Assembly (NCBI GenBank): GCA_000934665.2 | Contig: JYFJ02000540.1 | Coordinates: 124,001 to 188,000 of the forward strand | Length of the DNA stretch: 64,000 bases | Direction: 5' to 3' | Source of the DNA: Catajapyx aquilonaris | Taxonomy: Eukaryota | Shown: positions 25,750 through 37,740 of the stretch, piece after piece | Layout of the letters: every line of letters starts with the position of its first letter | How positions within the stretch are numbered: the first letter of the stretch is position 1 | The notes under the pieces: generated by a model | The model's database searches: none | What the model was told of the DNA's origin: nothing | The model's input: the letters and a program-made list of their open reading frames with translations, nothing else | Position numbers and translations under genes: made by a program

Positions 25750-26400
25750 GAAACGTAGTTCTAGCAGTACTTAAAGGCAATCCATTCTTCACGTAGCTGG
25801 CGAGAGGTGTAATTACACACCGTCAGCTAGTGTGACTAGAGAGAGTTCCCGCATTTCACCAGACCATTAGGTATTCTGCTGGCTAAAGTGGCTGGATAAC
25901 CTGTTGTCACACAGGTGACGCTAGCAGGCGCACGTGTCACCGACGACGTCAGTTCAGGAGCTCTGCAAGCCCTTTCACTAGCTGCTTCTAGAGTTGGAAT
26001 CAGACAGAATAACATATCATCCCGGCCAGTTTTATACCAATTTCTCAGTTGTTTGCCTATTGTTAGTTGCTCCAACCTCTCAATTATTTGTAGCTTTCTT
26101 CTCCTTGGCAGCACATTTTTAGGTGCCGCCCACCGGATAAGATGTCTTGCATCACGGTTACTAAGGAAACTCTCGTGCTCCCTGGGAAGGCACTGGAAGG
26201 TCGTAACATATCCTTGTTAAGAAGCCCTGCTGATAATCCGCTGCCAGGGCAACCGACCAAATAACCCAGCTTCGGGTAACAGATTCATTTGTACTAGTGT
26301 CTGACCTTGGGATTTCCAGGACTTCTCAACCTGAGTCCAGTTGAAAGATTAAGCCTCAAAGCAATTTGCACCCCTTTGTAAGCAGACATTTTTTTTCACT
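25750..26400 (-). mobile_element. Decayed L2-like LINE ORF2 C-terminal fragment
   Basis: A largely single frame reads GQTLVQ..WQRIISRAS*..RHLIRWAAP..IIERLEQ..LRNWY..LFCLIPTLEAASERAC, later YVKNGLP. It is colinear with L2-type GxxLE..IIxKAS..RPxLEYAAP..LERxQ..LxLPTLExRRxxLC..RYxxSxIP. Confidence 0.5.
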
Positions 26401-27111
26401 AACGACAAAGCACTCAAATTACCTGAAGAAACGGGACGCTAACTTTGTACCTACCATGTTATCAGAGGCCAATTCCTGAGGGTAAAAGGTAGGGTAAGGT
26501 TAGCTGGCGAGTGGCATCCGGGGGGAATTCCCCGGAGCTTTTTTTTTTCGGGAGGGGCGGCCCTCGACAGCCAACTGCCAGTAGCGTGGAGGACCACCAT
26601 GAAATTCGATCAGTCCCAGGAGAGGTCTGTAATTGGATTCATGGCATCTGTCCCCCCAGAATCTACTCTCTTTTTCCCAACCACCCCCCACTCCACCCAT
26701 CCATCTCTCATATGTTGGAATTAGCCATCACGTGAAGCTTCGGTGCAGAAATGCACTTGTTCACGGACCGACTCGCCTCACCGGATTTCTAGGCTTCTCT
26801 CCCACCGGATAACTGGAATATATAAAAAAAGAGACCCGGAGTCCGGAATCTGAAGCAAGTCGAGTGCTTCTCGTTATTTTGGTCAAGTGGTGACGGACTG
26901 GGAAGCGGAATCATCCGGACGAAATGCTCTCGGTTTTAATCGGATGGGCGGCCATTAGGCAGCGAAAGGGATGGAAAAAAGCCTCGGATGAAAGGGCCTC
27001 CCGCGTTGCCAAATGTAGAGTTTAATATTAGCGCTTAGGAAGTTGCTACCACACTCTACTGTCAAGATAGAGAAAAAACACTAATGTCTAGTCACTTCAG
27101 AGCATCCAGCA

Positions 27112-27327
27112 GGAAGAGAATCGCCAACTTCTAAAGTTATGTGCTCTGGCTGGAGTAATTATGGGCTTTATACGTGTCCTATGGGAGCCGCCATCTTGCG
27201 TTGCTATGGAAATAGTGGCCGGCTTTGACGTCACGGTCAACCTCCGATTGGCTGGGGCTAGAAGGCATGTACTACTCCACCCAATCGGAGTCGACCGTGA
27301 GGTCAGAAGTTGGCTACTCTCTCCCTA
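27112..27327 (-). mobile_element. MITE family A, copy 2 (inverted relative to copy 1)
   Basis: Contains GCCGCCATCTTGCGTTGCT, TGACGTCACGGTC, CCGATTGGCTGG and GTCAGAAGTTGGCTACTCTCTCCCTA, reverse complements or near reverse complements of blocks in 24662-24886. Confidence 0.85.
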
Positions 27328-29289
27328 GAGCCTTTCTCCCGTTAGCAATAGCGCTTAAAGCTAGCAGTTAATTTTTAAATAGCCAATAGCGTTTAAGCCA
27401 ATCGCTGTTACTTTCTCTTTTTTTCGTTTTTTCCCGTGTTCTGGTAGTGGGATGTCAATCTTCTTCACACCTTAGGGACTGCTGTCCCTTCCCTCATTTC
27501 TTTCCCCGCTTGTTCTGATCCGTTACAGCTCCCAGGGGCCAGGGAAGCTGTCAGTCGCCCATTCCCATGGGGGGGCCAACGTGGGCGTGATGAAGCTACA
27601 AGTCTAATAGCTGGCCTCCATGGCCTGGGTTTCTAGGGCTGAAAACCGCGCGGCGTAAATCTGCCACTCAATGGAACGAGTAATTAATTTGGATGCATCC
27701 CTTCATAATCCCTTTGGTAATGAGGCGGCGTCTAATTGAGTTACCAGTGCCCAACCCCACCCTCCAAACAAGCGGACGGTCCAGAGGGGGGTTTATGACC
27801 AATTTTATTCCAAAAACCATCATCCGAGCAAGAAGTTAATCAGCGGGGCCATTTGACTGCGGGCAGGCCCCGGGCTCGCATCCCTCAACCCTCTAAATCC
27901 AGTCGAACGACATTAATGAAGTCATAAGCATTTCCCTTTGTTGGCCTGAGGATTAGCATGTTACACGCTGGCCAGCAGCACCCAGGTCACAGGCGTGACT
28001 TTCCATCAGGCCTGAATTAACCTTAACCCGACACATGCACGGGTCTAATCCAATAGATAACATTTTTGATCATTGGACTGCAATAATGGAAATGCAATCG
28101 AGCGAGACACGCATACCACCCAAAAACCCTCACCTTTTGTTCCGCTCACCCGATTTTTTTTTTTTTTCGGGCCAGTGTATGACCCATCGACATGTTGGAA
28201 ATGAAACCTTCAGTGCTGTCCGACCTTTCGGATTCTATTATGATATCGATCATGAAACATCTATCACCTGGGTTGGACTGCCACCAACCATATGACAAAG
28301 TAATACTAGGAAAAGGGCTGCAGGGCGCTTGGTCCTGGCCTAGGGTATTGAATTCCATGTTAAATGCCAGCTGGGCCTCATTTTTAAAACATCGGAAGCG
28401 GAAAAGTCACGCCGGAGGTACTGCAGAGGGATGGGGAAGGGGAGGGGAGGGGGAGATTTAAACACATCCGATTATCAATTTAAATGCAGGCGAGCAGAGG
28501 ATGACTCCTGTGGATGGTTCGGAGGATGGATTTCTACACGCGAAAACCTGGATCCCCTCGAGTGTGGCTCAGGGATCATATCTGCTCAGGACAGGTTATC
28601 AGACACCATTTCATAAGGTTCGATCCAACCGCATCACATGGTACTGCACTATCCAAGTCCCCAGTTGTTGAGGGAAAGATATGCTATTGAAATAATCGAT
28701 TGTTTACTGCAGAGCTATTTCGTCTGATTAGCAATAGAGCCATTCAGTGTCGCTTAATATTAAATAACAGCTGCTGATAATCACTGCTACTTTTGAATAG
28801 CGCTTAGGACCATCGATGATTTTTTTTTCATTTTAAATTTTATTTTATGTTACTTATACATATTGCAATTATTTTATGTTATTTTCCATTATAGTATTCA
28901 TTTTCTTTCATTTCTGATTTTACTGATTTATCAATTGCTGGTGGGATGTCAATCCGTTGGTTGCTGGAGAAAACAACTATAAACTCAGGATTTGGCATTT
29001 CCTGCCTACGCAATGGACATGATTTTGTATGCAATATTATTTCCGCCAGAATAATAACACGAGTATGCGTTACTACGCGGAATAATATTTGCACCTTCTG
29101 ATTACTCCACCAGAATTGATTCCAGTCGCATTCGGCTGGATGTATTTTGTTGCGATGTAATTAAAAATTTTTTTTAAATCCCCTTTCGGGTTGGCTGGTT
29201 ACGCAGGCCAAGCAATTTAATATCCAGTAGAGGATGTGATGAATAATTATTCAGCGCTTGCCCCCTGGTATTATACTTATTAGAATACT

Positions 29290-29450
29290 GTATAGTAGCT
29301 CAGCAAAAAAATATTTACCTTGCCTGAGAAAACCTTGGTGTACCATAAGTTATGCCACAGTTTCTCTATGCGAAATATGCACTCATTATTATAATTATGC
29401 TACTGACATTCAACTATGCCTCAATGTGATGCTATAAGCAACAAAAGTAC
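29290..29450 (+). mobile_element. Short decayed L2-like ORF2 fragment
   Basis: LSKKIFTL, NLGVP*VMPQFLY and YNYA occur in order (cf. ASKRLYxL..xxGVP..LxxFY..LEYA). Confidence 0.3.
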
Positions 29451-30999
29451 ACTTGCAGGCGTCTAATTCTAAATGCCCGTAACCATTGTTAATTTTTTCA
29501 TCGAAATGCCCAGTGCGAGATGTGGATTCAATTAATCAGTTCAGCAGCTGGAGAGTTTTATCCTTCCAAATGGACCAATTTTTTCCCCCCAGTATTAAAA
29601 CCTTCTTTCGCAACACGCACTTTTCTCTCCGACAATTCATTTCATACAGCAAAAGCTTGGAAAATTTGTTTTTATAAAAGGCGTTGGCTAATGGAAAATG
29701 ACTTAGGGGTGTGAAAAAAACGAGGGTGCTAAAACAGTTTCCATCTCGAGTGGATTTCATCGACGGCAAAAGGGATATTATGGGTTGGCAAAGGAATTCG
29801 ATTTTCACCTTGTCATCCTCATCTGCTTAAGGAAGTCGAAAGCAATTGGAGGAGAATTTCCCTCCTTGGCATAATCGTACCCCCCCTAAACTCCCTTCTA
29901 TCCCTCCCCCCACCACCCCATAGGAATTAAATGCCGGGTCATCCGTCACATTTGACGTTCACGGTTCCGAATTTCATTTAACAAGCTGTTGAAAGGCAAA
30001 GGAATCAAGATCAAGAAGTTACAAATTGCAGCTCACGAAAGTACTGACAAATTGTAACAATCATTCCAATATCAGGCTCTGAATTGAAGTGGACAATGTT
30101 GCAGGTTTCACTGAAGAACAAGAAGAGAAAGGCTCTCTTTACCTGCTCGTTCAATATACGAGTAATTACGAGTCGCAATAAACATGCCTGTGACGCATTG
30201 TGGTCTAGTCCTCCTGTACATATAAAAGGGGATGGGGCCGTGACCGCCAGAATTCCGGAAATTCGTGCCTGGATAAGAACCTAGGAACGGAGCCAATATT
30301 ATCTGGTCGGAGCCCCCCTCTGCGACAGGTAGCCATAGAAACTGGGAAGGGGGTCTCGTGGCAGTCATGTCGCTATTGGTGTCGGCGAGCCAGAAAATAT
30401 CGGTGCAAGTATGCGTGGATGCAAGGCATGGTCAGCATCAGATGGGGATTCATTCCTTTGACTTTTTTTTTTTCTTCTTCTTGCCGAATATCGCCTGGGA
30501 ATAGATGGGCCGGGACTGCGGTTTTCGGCCGTTTTCTCAGTTGCCTGAGGGAATCGGGAGTTCCAGCAGAGCAAGGAGATGAATAGTTAAAGGGCCTATT
30601 GCAATGATTTCGCATCTGGCATTTGCAGGGTGCGGTAAATTACAAATTTACGCGTTACATGTTGGCAGCCACATGTCCTAGGCACGGACATCAGGGTAAT
30701 TGCTGCCGTCAGAATTTTTAACATGGCTCCAGGCTCTAAAAATGGCTCCAAGCACAATATTTTTTAAAAAACACATTGGTAGGATGAGACCACAGTAACA
30801 AACAGCTTATGAACGTCACTTTCACTGCGAACCCGACATGGACACAGAACCAGTGTAAGCAATATGCTTCAGCGAATGTACAGTCCCACAAACACCCACA
30901 CACATCATAGCGCGTTAAAGTGTCTGCATAAATTCTACAGTAGCAAATTAGCTTATCCACAACAATGGAGAAACCTCTTAAACGGACTATGCAAATATA

Positions 31000-31210
31000 C
31001 CGTCAATTGGGGTGAGATTGTGCCAGGTGGGGTGAGATTGTGCCAGTGCCAACATTGCACCCAACTGTCAGGAAGCGAATTTAGACATGTTTTACTACAT
31101 TGAGGGATTGGCATATGACGAGTAAAACTCACGGTAGGGCGCACTGTTGTCCAAAAATTGCGCTGGCACAATCTCACCCCACTTTGCACAATCTCACCCC
31201 CAATTGGCTG
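31000..31210. mobile_element. TA-flanked pogo/Tc1-mariner superfamily MITE (211 bp)
   Basis: TA|CCGTCAATTGGGGTGAGATTGTGCCAGGTGGGGTGAGATTGTGCCAG ... CTGGCACAATCTCACCCCACTTTGCACAATCTCACCCCCAATTGGCTG|TA. The TIRs of about 47 bp each contain two tandem GGGGTGAGATTGTGC units, and TA flanks both ends. Confidence 0.9.
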
Positions 31211-31354
31211 TATTTCTTAACCTAGCAAGTCACTGATCGGTTGTAACTAACCTAACCAACCGATTGCAATCTGGCGGAAGATCAGGTTAGCTTCGTACAA
31301 CACAACGACCAACGACACCGACCACAGTGTGAACCCAAAAACATGCGACCTTAC

Positions 31355-31700
31355 CTATTGTGAATGGGCAGTCATGTCCCCTTGTGGAGGGTTGGAAGCA
31401 CCTGGCAAGTCCGGCACTCGATCTGCGAGTGAGCAGTAGGTCTGTGGGTCGGTCGGTCGGTCGTGTGTCGGGTACACACCAACTAGTGGCGCCGGCGCCT
31501 GCTCTCTCCAGTTGGAGCCCCTTTCCCCGTGGCGCAGGGAGGCCGACTGAGAGCTAGAGAGAGCCGGCTCCAGACCCACCCACTATACCCACCACCCAAA
31601 AAACAGCCCATTTGGCTCAGGCGCATCGGATGGATGGCACACCTGGTCTGGTTGGTCGGTTGCAATTTTTTTGGGCAACGACTTGCTTTACTTCGGGGCG
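31355..31700 (-). promoter_or_regulatory. Candidate promoter and non-coding first exon of the minus-strand gene
   Basis: GC/CpG-rich patch. On the minus strand a GAGA-like CTCTCTCT precedes an arthropod Inr-like TCAGTC (+1 ~31548; alternative CTAGTT ~31484), followed by CGACCGACCGAC repeats and a strong donor AG|GTAAGG at 31355/31354. There is no canonical TATA or DPE at the proper spacing. Confidence 0.35.
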
Positions 31701-31779
31701 GTGTCGTGTCGCATGCCCCGTTGCCTGCCTCCGTGACCTTCCCCACTTCGGAGGCTATAAAATTCGAGGGACGTTGCAC

Positions 31780-32320
31780 CTATAAGGCTGTTGCCTTCCA
31801 CTGGTTCCACTCTCAATATTAAACATGAAATTTCTCCACATTTTGGCTTAATGATCGAAAATGTTGGGAGTTGTTCTGACAGGAGAAGATATGCAGATGG
31901 GAGTCAATCCGGACGTACCCACCAGTACAGTCTACCGCAACACTGAGCCCACAACTCGCTTCTCTGACAGCAGAAGGAATAAACTCTAACGACTAGATAA
32001 GTAATTTGTTGGAAGCGTCTTTCTCAAGCGGTTGTCTCTTTCCATGCGTGAAGAGAATAATTCTTCGGAACATCATTGATGATTAGATGAATGGGCTCAA
32101 ATGAATCGATTTTCAGGCAAACATTCAGATTGCAAAAACCTGTCTTTGATCAAATACACCTTTAAAAAATGTTTTGTCTATCGCTTTTCATAATGCAGAT
32201 GGAAAGCCGATGACCTTATACGCAAAACCTGCAGGCATAGTGTATGCTGCTTGCCTGCATGGAAAGTTCTGAATTATTCACAGACGGGTATGCAGAAAGT
32301 TTCTGTGCCTCCTGGCCATC
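31780..32320 (+). mobile_element. Decayed L2/CR1-group reverse transcriptase core fragment
   Basis: Across frameshifts, in canonical order: KA.AFHWFH (KAFDxVxH), HFG, SDRRRYADGSQSG..SLPQ (SDRxQxV..G..S..GVPQG), TLSPQL (xLGPxL), LRNIIDDLDEWAQMNRFS..CK (LQxxLDxLxxWAxxNxM..KCK), ADGKP..AKPAGI (IDGxP..AKxLGV). Confidence 0.55.
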
Positions 32321-33419
32321 TAGTCAGGAACTAAATTTTAAATTTTAACCAAACTCTTGTTTCCTAAATTCAGCAGACTATTTCCTTTGCAACACACATC
32401 ATGATGCAAGTTATTCTGGATTTAAATACTACTGTACGTCAGGTTATATAAAAAGCAGCCCTTCGAATTTTAAGTTCATTTTACGTCCAAGTAAAGATTC
32501 ATGTAAAAAGGTTGCCATTGCAATCACTTGTACTATATTAAGCTGCAAAATCGTATCGAATCATGTAGCTCTTGTCTTAGCCAAGCATTTGGAAAGTTAA
32601 TGAAGTATATAAGCCACATTTTCATGAGTCAGCTTCATTTAATGCTTAGATTTCGAAAGCACGAGCCGGCAAATAATTCGCCAAATAATTTAAGGCAAAC
32701 AAGTTCAGGGGCTGCATGTCGAGTCATCCATTAATGCGGAAAGTCTATAGATCTAATCATCAGCTGAATTAAAGTTTGTAATCAAGTCATACACAGTCGA
32801 CCCGCCTCGGCGATTATTCGTCAACAAAACTAAACGTCGACACTTCATTGTTCATTTTCATTCAGCAGTCTCACCGACCCCACAATATAAACGTTCCATT
32901 ATTAATGCCAATGTTGTTGCATCTGTCAATTTTGTGATAGCGTCATTATGTGATTGTCAACGCCTTGAAGCCCCTCTTTCAAGCGACATTAGTATGATCC
33001 TGTAGCAATGAATGGGCCTGCGTGTTCATTCAAAACAAAACGCACAATAATGGGCCGGCACAATACGTATATACTTGTACAGTACACACAATATTACTGA
33101 TGCCTTTTGTACTTTCGCAGTTACAAAAAACGTAGTTAGTTCTGCCACGTTCATTCTTTATGGGGAAACCAGTGGAGTTCAGATGAATTAAAACGTAGGC
33201 AGGGGTCCTTTTCCGTACCAAAAAGTATAAGCACATTAACCGAAACAATATAACGTTTGCAGGGGAAAAAACAGCGGTACGATAAGCACATTCTGACTTG
33301 GTGAAAAGCCAAGCCACTAAAAAAAAGAGAGCGTCTGTACTCCGGAGTTTTTAATGTTTAGATAAACGATACCTCTGCTTCCATTGTTAATTCGCTCATT
33401 AAAAACAACAAAGTGACTG

Positions 33420-33720
33420 AAGGTCTAAACTGAAAATTATAGGAGTGTGGTCCACTAATGAATGCATTGTTTCCAGGTTCGTTGGCCTCGACCCTACGAC
33501 ATCATAAATAAGTAGTTTTTATCTGAAAACTTATAGGAGACAAAGTTTGTTTCTTTGTTCATTTCATACCCATTTTGTACCCATATATGAATATACTGTA
33601 TACGTAACTTGCCACTGTCTCGATGTAAACTGAAATCTGCCGAGCGCACCTCTGGACCCTCCCACTTGTCCTCACACAACAATATATGAATAAACAGTGT
33701 CAACAAAATTAATAGTTTGC
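33420..33720 (+). mobile_element. Decayed L2-like ORF2 fragment
   Basis: KLKIIGVW (KLLGVW) is followed by SFHTHFVPIYEYTVYV.CH (FY..IRPILEY..VWH). Confidence 0.4.
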
Positions 33721-36584
33721 TAATATTTTTGCATGAGGGCATCTCCATGGGCAATGGCAAGTTAGGGTTGGCTGGCTTTTTTAAAATATGCAACCAGCAA
33801 GAATAAGTTATCATTATGTGCTGCTGGCCTTACCCGTGGGGTCACGACCTTCCTCAAAGCCTGACACCATTCAGCCTCCCTTAATCCCCAGACTGTCCTC
33901 TCAGCCATGCCACTCTGCTTGGCCAACACTGTACAAACTCCTGTCCCTCTCTCCCCCCTTTAAAAAAAAGACCTCCCTATACCTCCCTACCCATCCTTCC
34001 CCCCCACTGTAATGCCAAAGGTGACGAGGACCTCCAGTGGCAGAGATGTCGCCAGAGCCTGGCTAAATCCCCGTCCTGAGCTGTGCATTTAAGTGCCGTT
34101 GGGTACGCGGAAGAGGTTTGACAGACCAGATGATCACATGGCTTCCCTTCCCTTTTGCCTCCATGCATAAATTTTCCCTTGGCCTCCCCCACCCACATTA
34201 AAACCCCCCTCTACTTCCAACCCGCCCCCTCCATTAAGTTTATTAACCGGGCGTCATTTTGGATCAAATGTCACTTGATCAGGTTCCATCCGACTCCATT
34301 AGTCTTGGCAAACACAGGTGGAGGAGCTTTAAATATTTTGGCGGGAAACGCTGAGGTGGGGGGGGAAGGACCTCCATTTTTGGAAAGGGGAGGGGGGGTA
34401 TCATCAAGAATTAGGCAGGGCGAGAGCAACAGCTGCTGGATTCCGGAGGGATTACTTCGGGATGGACCCTTCAAGTTTTTGGAGAACTCAGGTGGCGCTA
34501 GGGTAAAATCCATTAAGATGTAATAACAAAGCGCAATAAATTTAGAGTACTGTTCCACCAGTATCGTAATCCTATTATCGTACATTTTACTCTCGACGTG
34601 CGGCCGGACCCGGTGGTGTACAGTAGCTTCAATTATTCAAGGGTTCAAATCCAATAATCGGTACGTGGAGGTCAATGGCGTACGTGTATAGAAAGGGGGG
34701 GCTGTTACAACTATGCAATATATTGCAATTGTTTTCGGTGCCCTGAAGGTTTGAACTGTCAAAAGGGCAAACTCCAAACTGTAATGGAGCCCACGGTTCA
34801 ACCAGAAGGGTCGAGTATTGGAATCACTACCGGATGATAATGGCAATATTTTGTACCAATATTAATAATATGTTCCCAGTATAAGCTAGCCTGAATTGTT
34901 ATGAAACATCCTGTACATTCATGAAGCAGTGCGTTGTCAACATGCCAGAATTTTTTCCCCGCTTATGGACCCACAAATCCTTTGTTAGCACTAGGAAAAG
35001 TGCGGAATTTTTGCTGAAATCGCCTGATTTTTGAGCCAAATTTTGTTTCATCCTGCATGCCAAACTGGTAATGGTGCCAACAATGTACTTTTTGGTGCAA
35101 AAATATGCGCCTGATAGTGCGAAGGGTTTACCTGACTGTGTATGTGATACAACCATATCATTTCACACATTTTCTTTTTGCGAAAACGTTGAAATTACTC
35201 GTACTCAGCAGTATCAATATTTTAACCCCATCCTTCAGAAGACATTAACGATACTCTCTCGTCATCTTTACACAACGTTAAGGGACTCTCTCCTGCAGCT
35301 GTATATTGAAAAATCGCGTGATAGAAAGGGAGCAGCACGGATAATGAAGCCAATTGGGAATTGTCGACATCGTTAAACTTTCCAGCAGGCTTGGGACCGG
35401 CCAAATGGAAGCCATGAAGCGTGTCTGCAACTTTCCAACCCAAGTTCCGACCCCGTGAAGATGCTGCGCAGACTAATTTGATTGATGGCTACGTCTCTTG
35501 CCATGTATACATGGTGCACTTGTGTAACGTCAGCTGCATGTGATGCCTTTGGAACCACGCACAGGTTTCATACCCCCCCTCAAAAAAAAAAACATTGTGG
35601 CCCCCCTTGCACCCTTTGCCTTTGGGGGCCTTTGTAATGTGCCAGCCATTTATTGGTATAAAAGATTCAGCTGACGAGGCCATTATCGGATGTCCATCTG
35701 GAGCGGTTTGCATTATAATGTCGATAAATAGCATGCTTACAATAATCCAGCTCCGCCTTGAATGTCAATTTTATGCACAGTTAACCAGCCCACGCCCGAA
35801 ACATGACCAGAACAAGGGGGGAAAAAACCTGGAAAATAATTGGATGCGCTAATATTATATTTTGGCATTAACTTTAATAATGCATCCGATGCACTGAAAT
35901 CGCCTAATTTGCAGTATGCAATTATCCATAAACCGGTTAATTATTTTGCAGTTATTTAAATCAGCGATGTTATATGGTAGAAGCTGTAGCAGTAAAAACA
36001 GTTGGCACGCAATGTTCATATTGGTTTAATACTTTCATCTTTGTTTACATTTTTGAAAGTTGAGTGTCCCACAAAACGCAAATTGGAGCTCAAAATTAGT
36101 AAAATAATGAAAATGGAGTCACGTGCTTTCTAAAAACTGATCATTATGCAATATTTTCGAAGCAAATATTTTTATCGCCACAAATTATTTCCTTCGCTAA
36201 CTCTATTGCATTTTTTCCTTGCCTATAGTAACTATCCTTTCATCCTGACAGTTATGTAACCAAGGCGCCTCTATTGCTCTGCACATTGCATAGTAACAAG
36301 GCTCTCTCTCGCAGTCGAACTCCTATAACTTGGGGGGAGAGTGGGGGGTGGATTTGCCCAAAAAAACAGACAATACCCATTGTTTACATAATAGAAGACG
36401 CGAATTTTTGTTTTGAAATCTGCGGGTCGCATCGATTGTTCCCTTCTCCTCCTTCTCTCTCTCTACTCGAGACAACTATTCCCATCACCTTCAGGGGCTT
36501 ATTTTCAGTCCTGCAGAGTTGATATTCCCTGGAAATAAAGCCACCTCCCTCCCCCCCACTCCCCTTTTCTCTCTATATTTTTTC

Positions 36585-36610
36585 CCCTCTCTCTCTCTCT
36601 CCCTCTCTCT
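36585..36610. repeat. (CT)n microsatellite / GAGA tract
   Basis: Visible CT run. Other short dinucleotide runs: (AG)n ~47830-47850, (CA)n ~18535-18549 and ~48100-48115, (TG)n ~55954-55968, (CT)n ~58727-58744. Confidence 0.85.
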
Positions 36611-37429
36611 TCCAAAGTACAAAAGCCCTGCTGCGTGAATTGCAAAAGGTTTGAATTTCTGCGTCGCTCCCCCCCTGCCTATAACAACGGTTTCCACCTG
36701 CGATGCACAATTCCAGTTAATTCAGCGAGAAATGGCTGGAAGCCTCTGAACTTCACACTATGCCCTACCCTGCCCGACCTCCATTATTCAGTTTACAATG
36801 CTTCTTTAAGCCCATCCCCGCCTTATTATGCTTGGGAAAACTACCACATTAGCGGAGGGTAAAGAGAGGGGCGACCTCCATTCCTTGTAGTACTCGAGGT
36901 CTCTCAAGTCTGTTGCTGGGGCCAGCTCACCAGAAGTCCCCTGCAAGTGACAGGCTTCCCAGCAGAGAAACACAAGAAAAAGGTCTCTGCTTGCTGCTGG
37001 TTGGTGGAGGGGGAAAAAAAGTCTCCGCCACACAGTGGGACCCATTTTTAAGGGGAGGGTGAAAAAAGGAATGAGTAGATGCTGAGGGGGGGAGAAAGGA
37101 CTTTGGAAATCGATAGGAAAGTAGGCGGCCAAAAGACGAGTCTTATCTGAAAATCTTTAGAGGTTTTTGCTACAGAGGCAAAGAGAACAGAGAGGAATTT
37201 AAAATATAAGGTGTTTGGGAAGGGAAATTCTTAATCGGAGGTGAACCACAAGCTGTCTCGACTCTAATTGAGGAAAGGACGTGGTACATACGGCAGGGAG
37301 CTTCTGGGGAATGCTTCAAAATTGCGCTTACAGTGTAGCCAATTATCTGGTTTTAATTTGTAATAGTCAGGCACTGTTGTTAATTAGCAATGAGGTTGTT
37401 GGAACTTGCGCAGTGATATGAGCCCCCTC

Positions 37430-37740
37430 AGGGCTATGAAATATTTATTTCATTATTTACCATAATTACTCCTGGTGTGTGGAAAAGTGCTCGAACTTGT
37501 TTGCCATGTTCCTGTTATAAAGTATTTTGGCTATAAACATTGGTACTCATTTGCCAGAGTCTCTTCTCATGTAATTTTAACACGAATGATTGCTCATCCA
37601 AATATTACAAGTCTCATTTTTTTTATAACTGTTTTAAAATCTCTATATAGTACAGTATACATAAGCGGTTCAATAGATCTCCCTTTAAGCAATAGCGGTG
37701 AAATATGTCAAAGGGTGAGAAACGGTCGAAGTTAACATTC
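37430..37740 (+). mobile_element. Decayed L2-like ORF2 fragment
   Basis: YEIFISL, then (L)VCGKVLELV..KYFG..W..SLIFFITVLKSL..CQRV (ORF 37475..37735), resembling KEMxISF..IxGxxLExV..KxLG..W..LxxFYxxVIxS..LERV. Confidence 0.4.

Noticed and set aside
31288..31485. Loose inverted repeat of CGACC/GGTCG words resembling MITE TIRs
   Set aside because: Low-complexity match with no TSD. Better explained by the promoter/exon-1 model.
34602..34652. tRNA/SINE-like A box (TGGTGTACAGTAG) and B box (GGTTCAAATCC)
   Set aside because: The boxes are only ~29 nt apart and there is no cloverleaf. At most a degraded SINE head.
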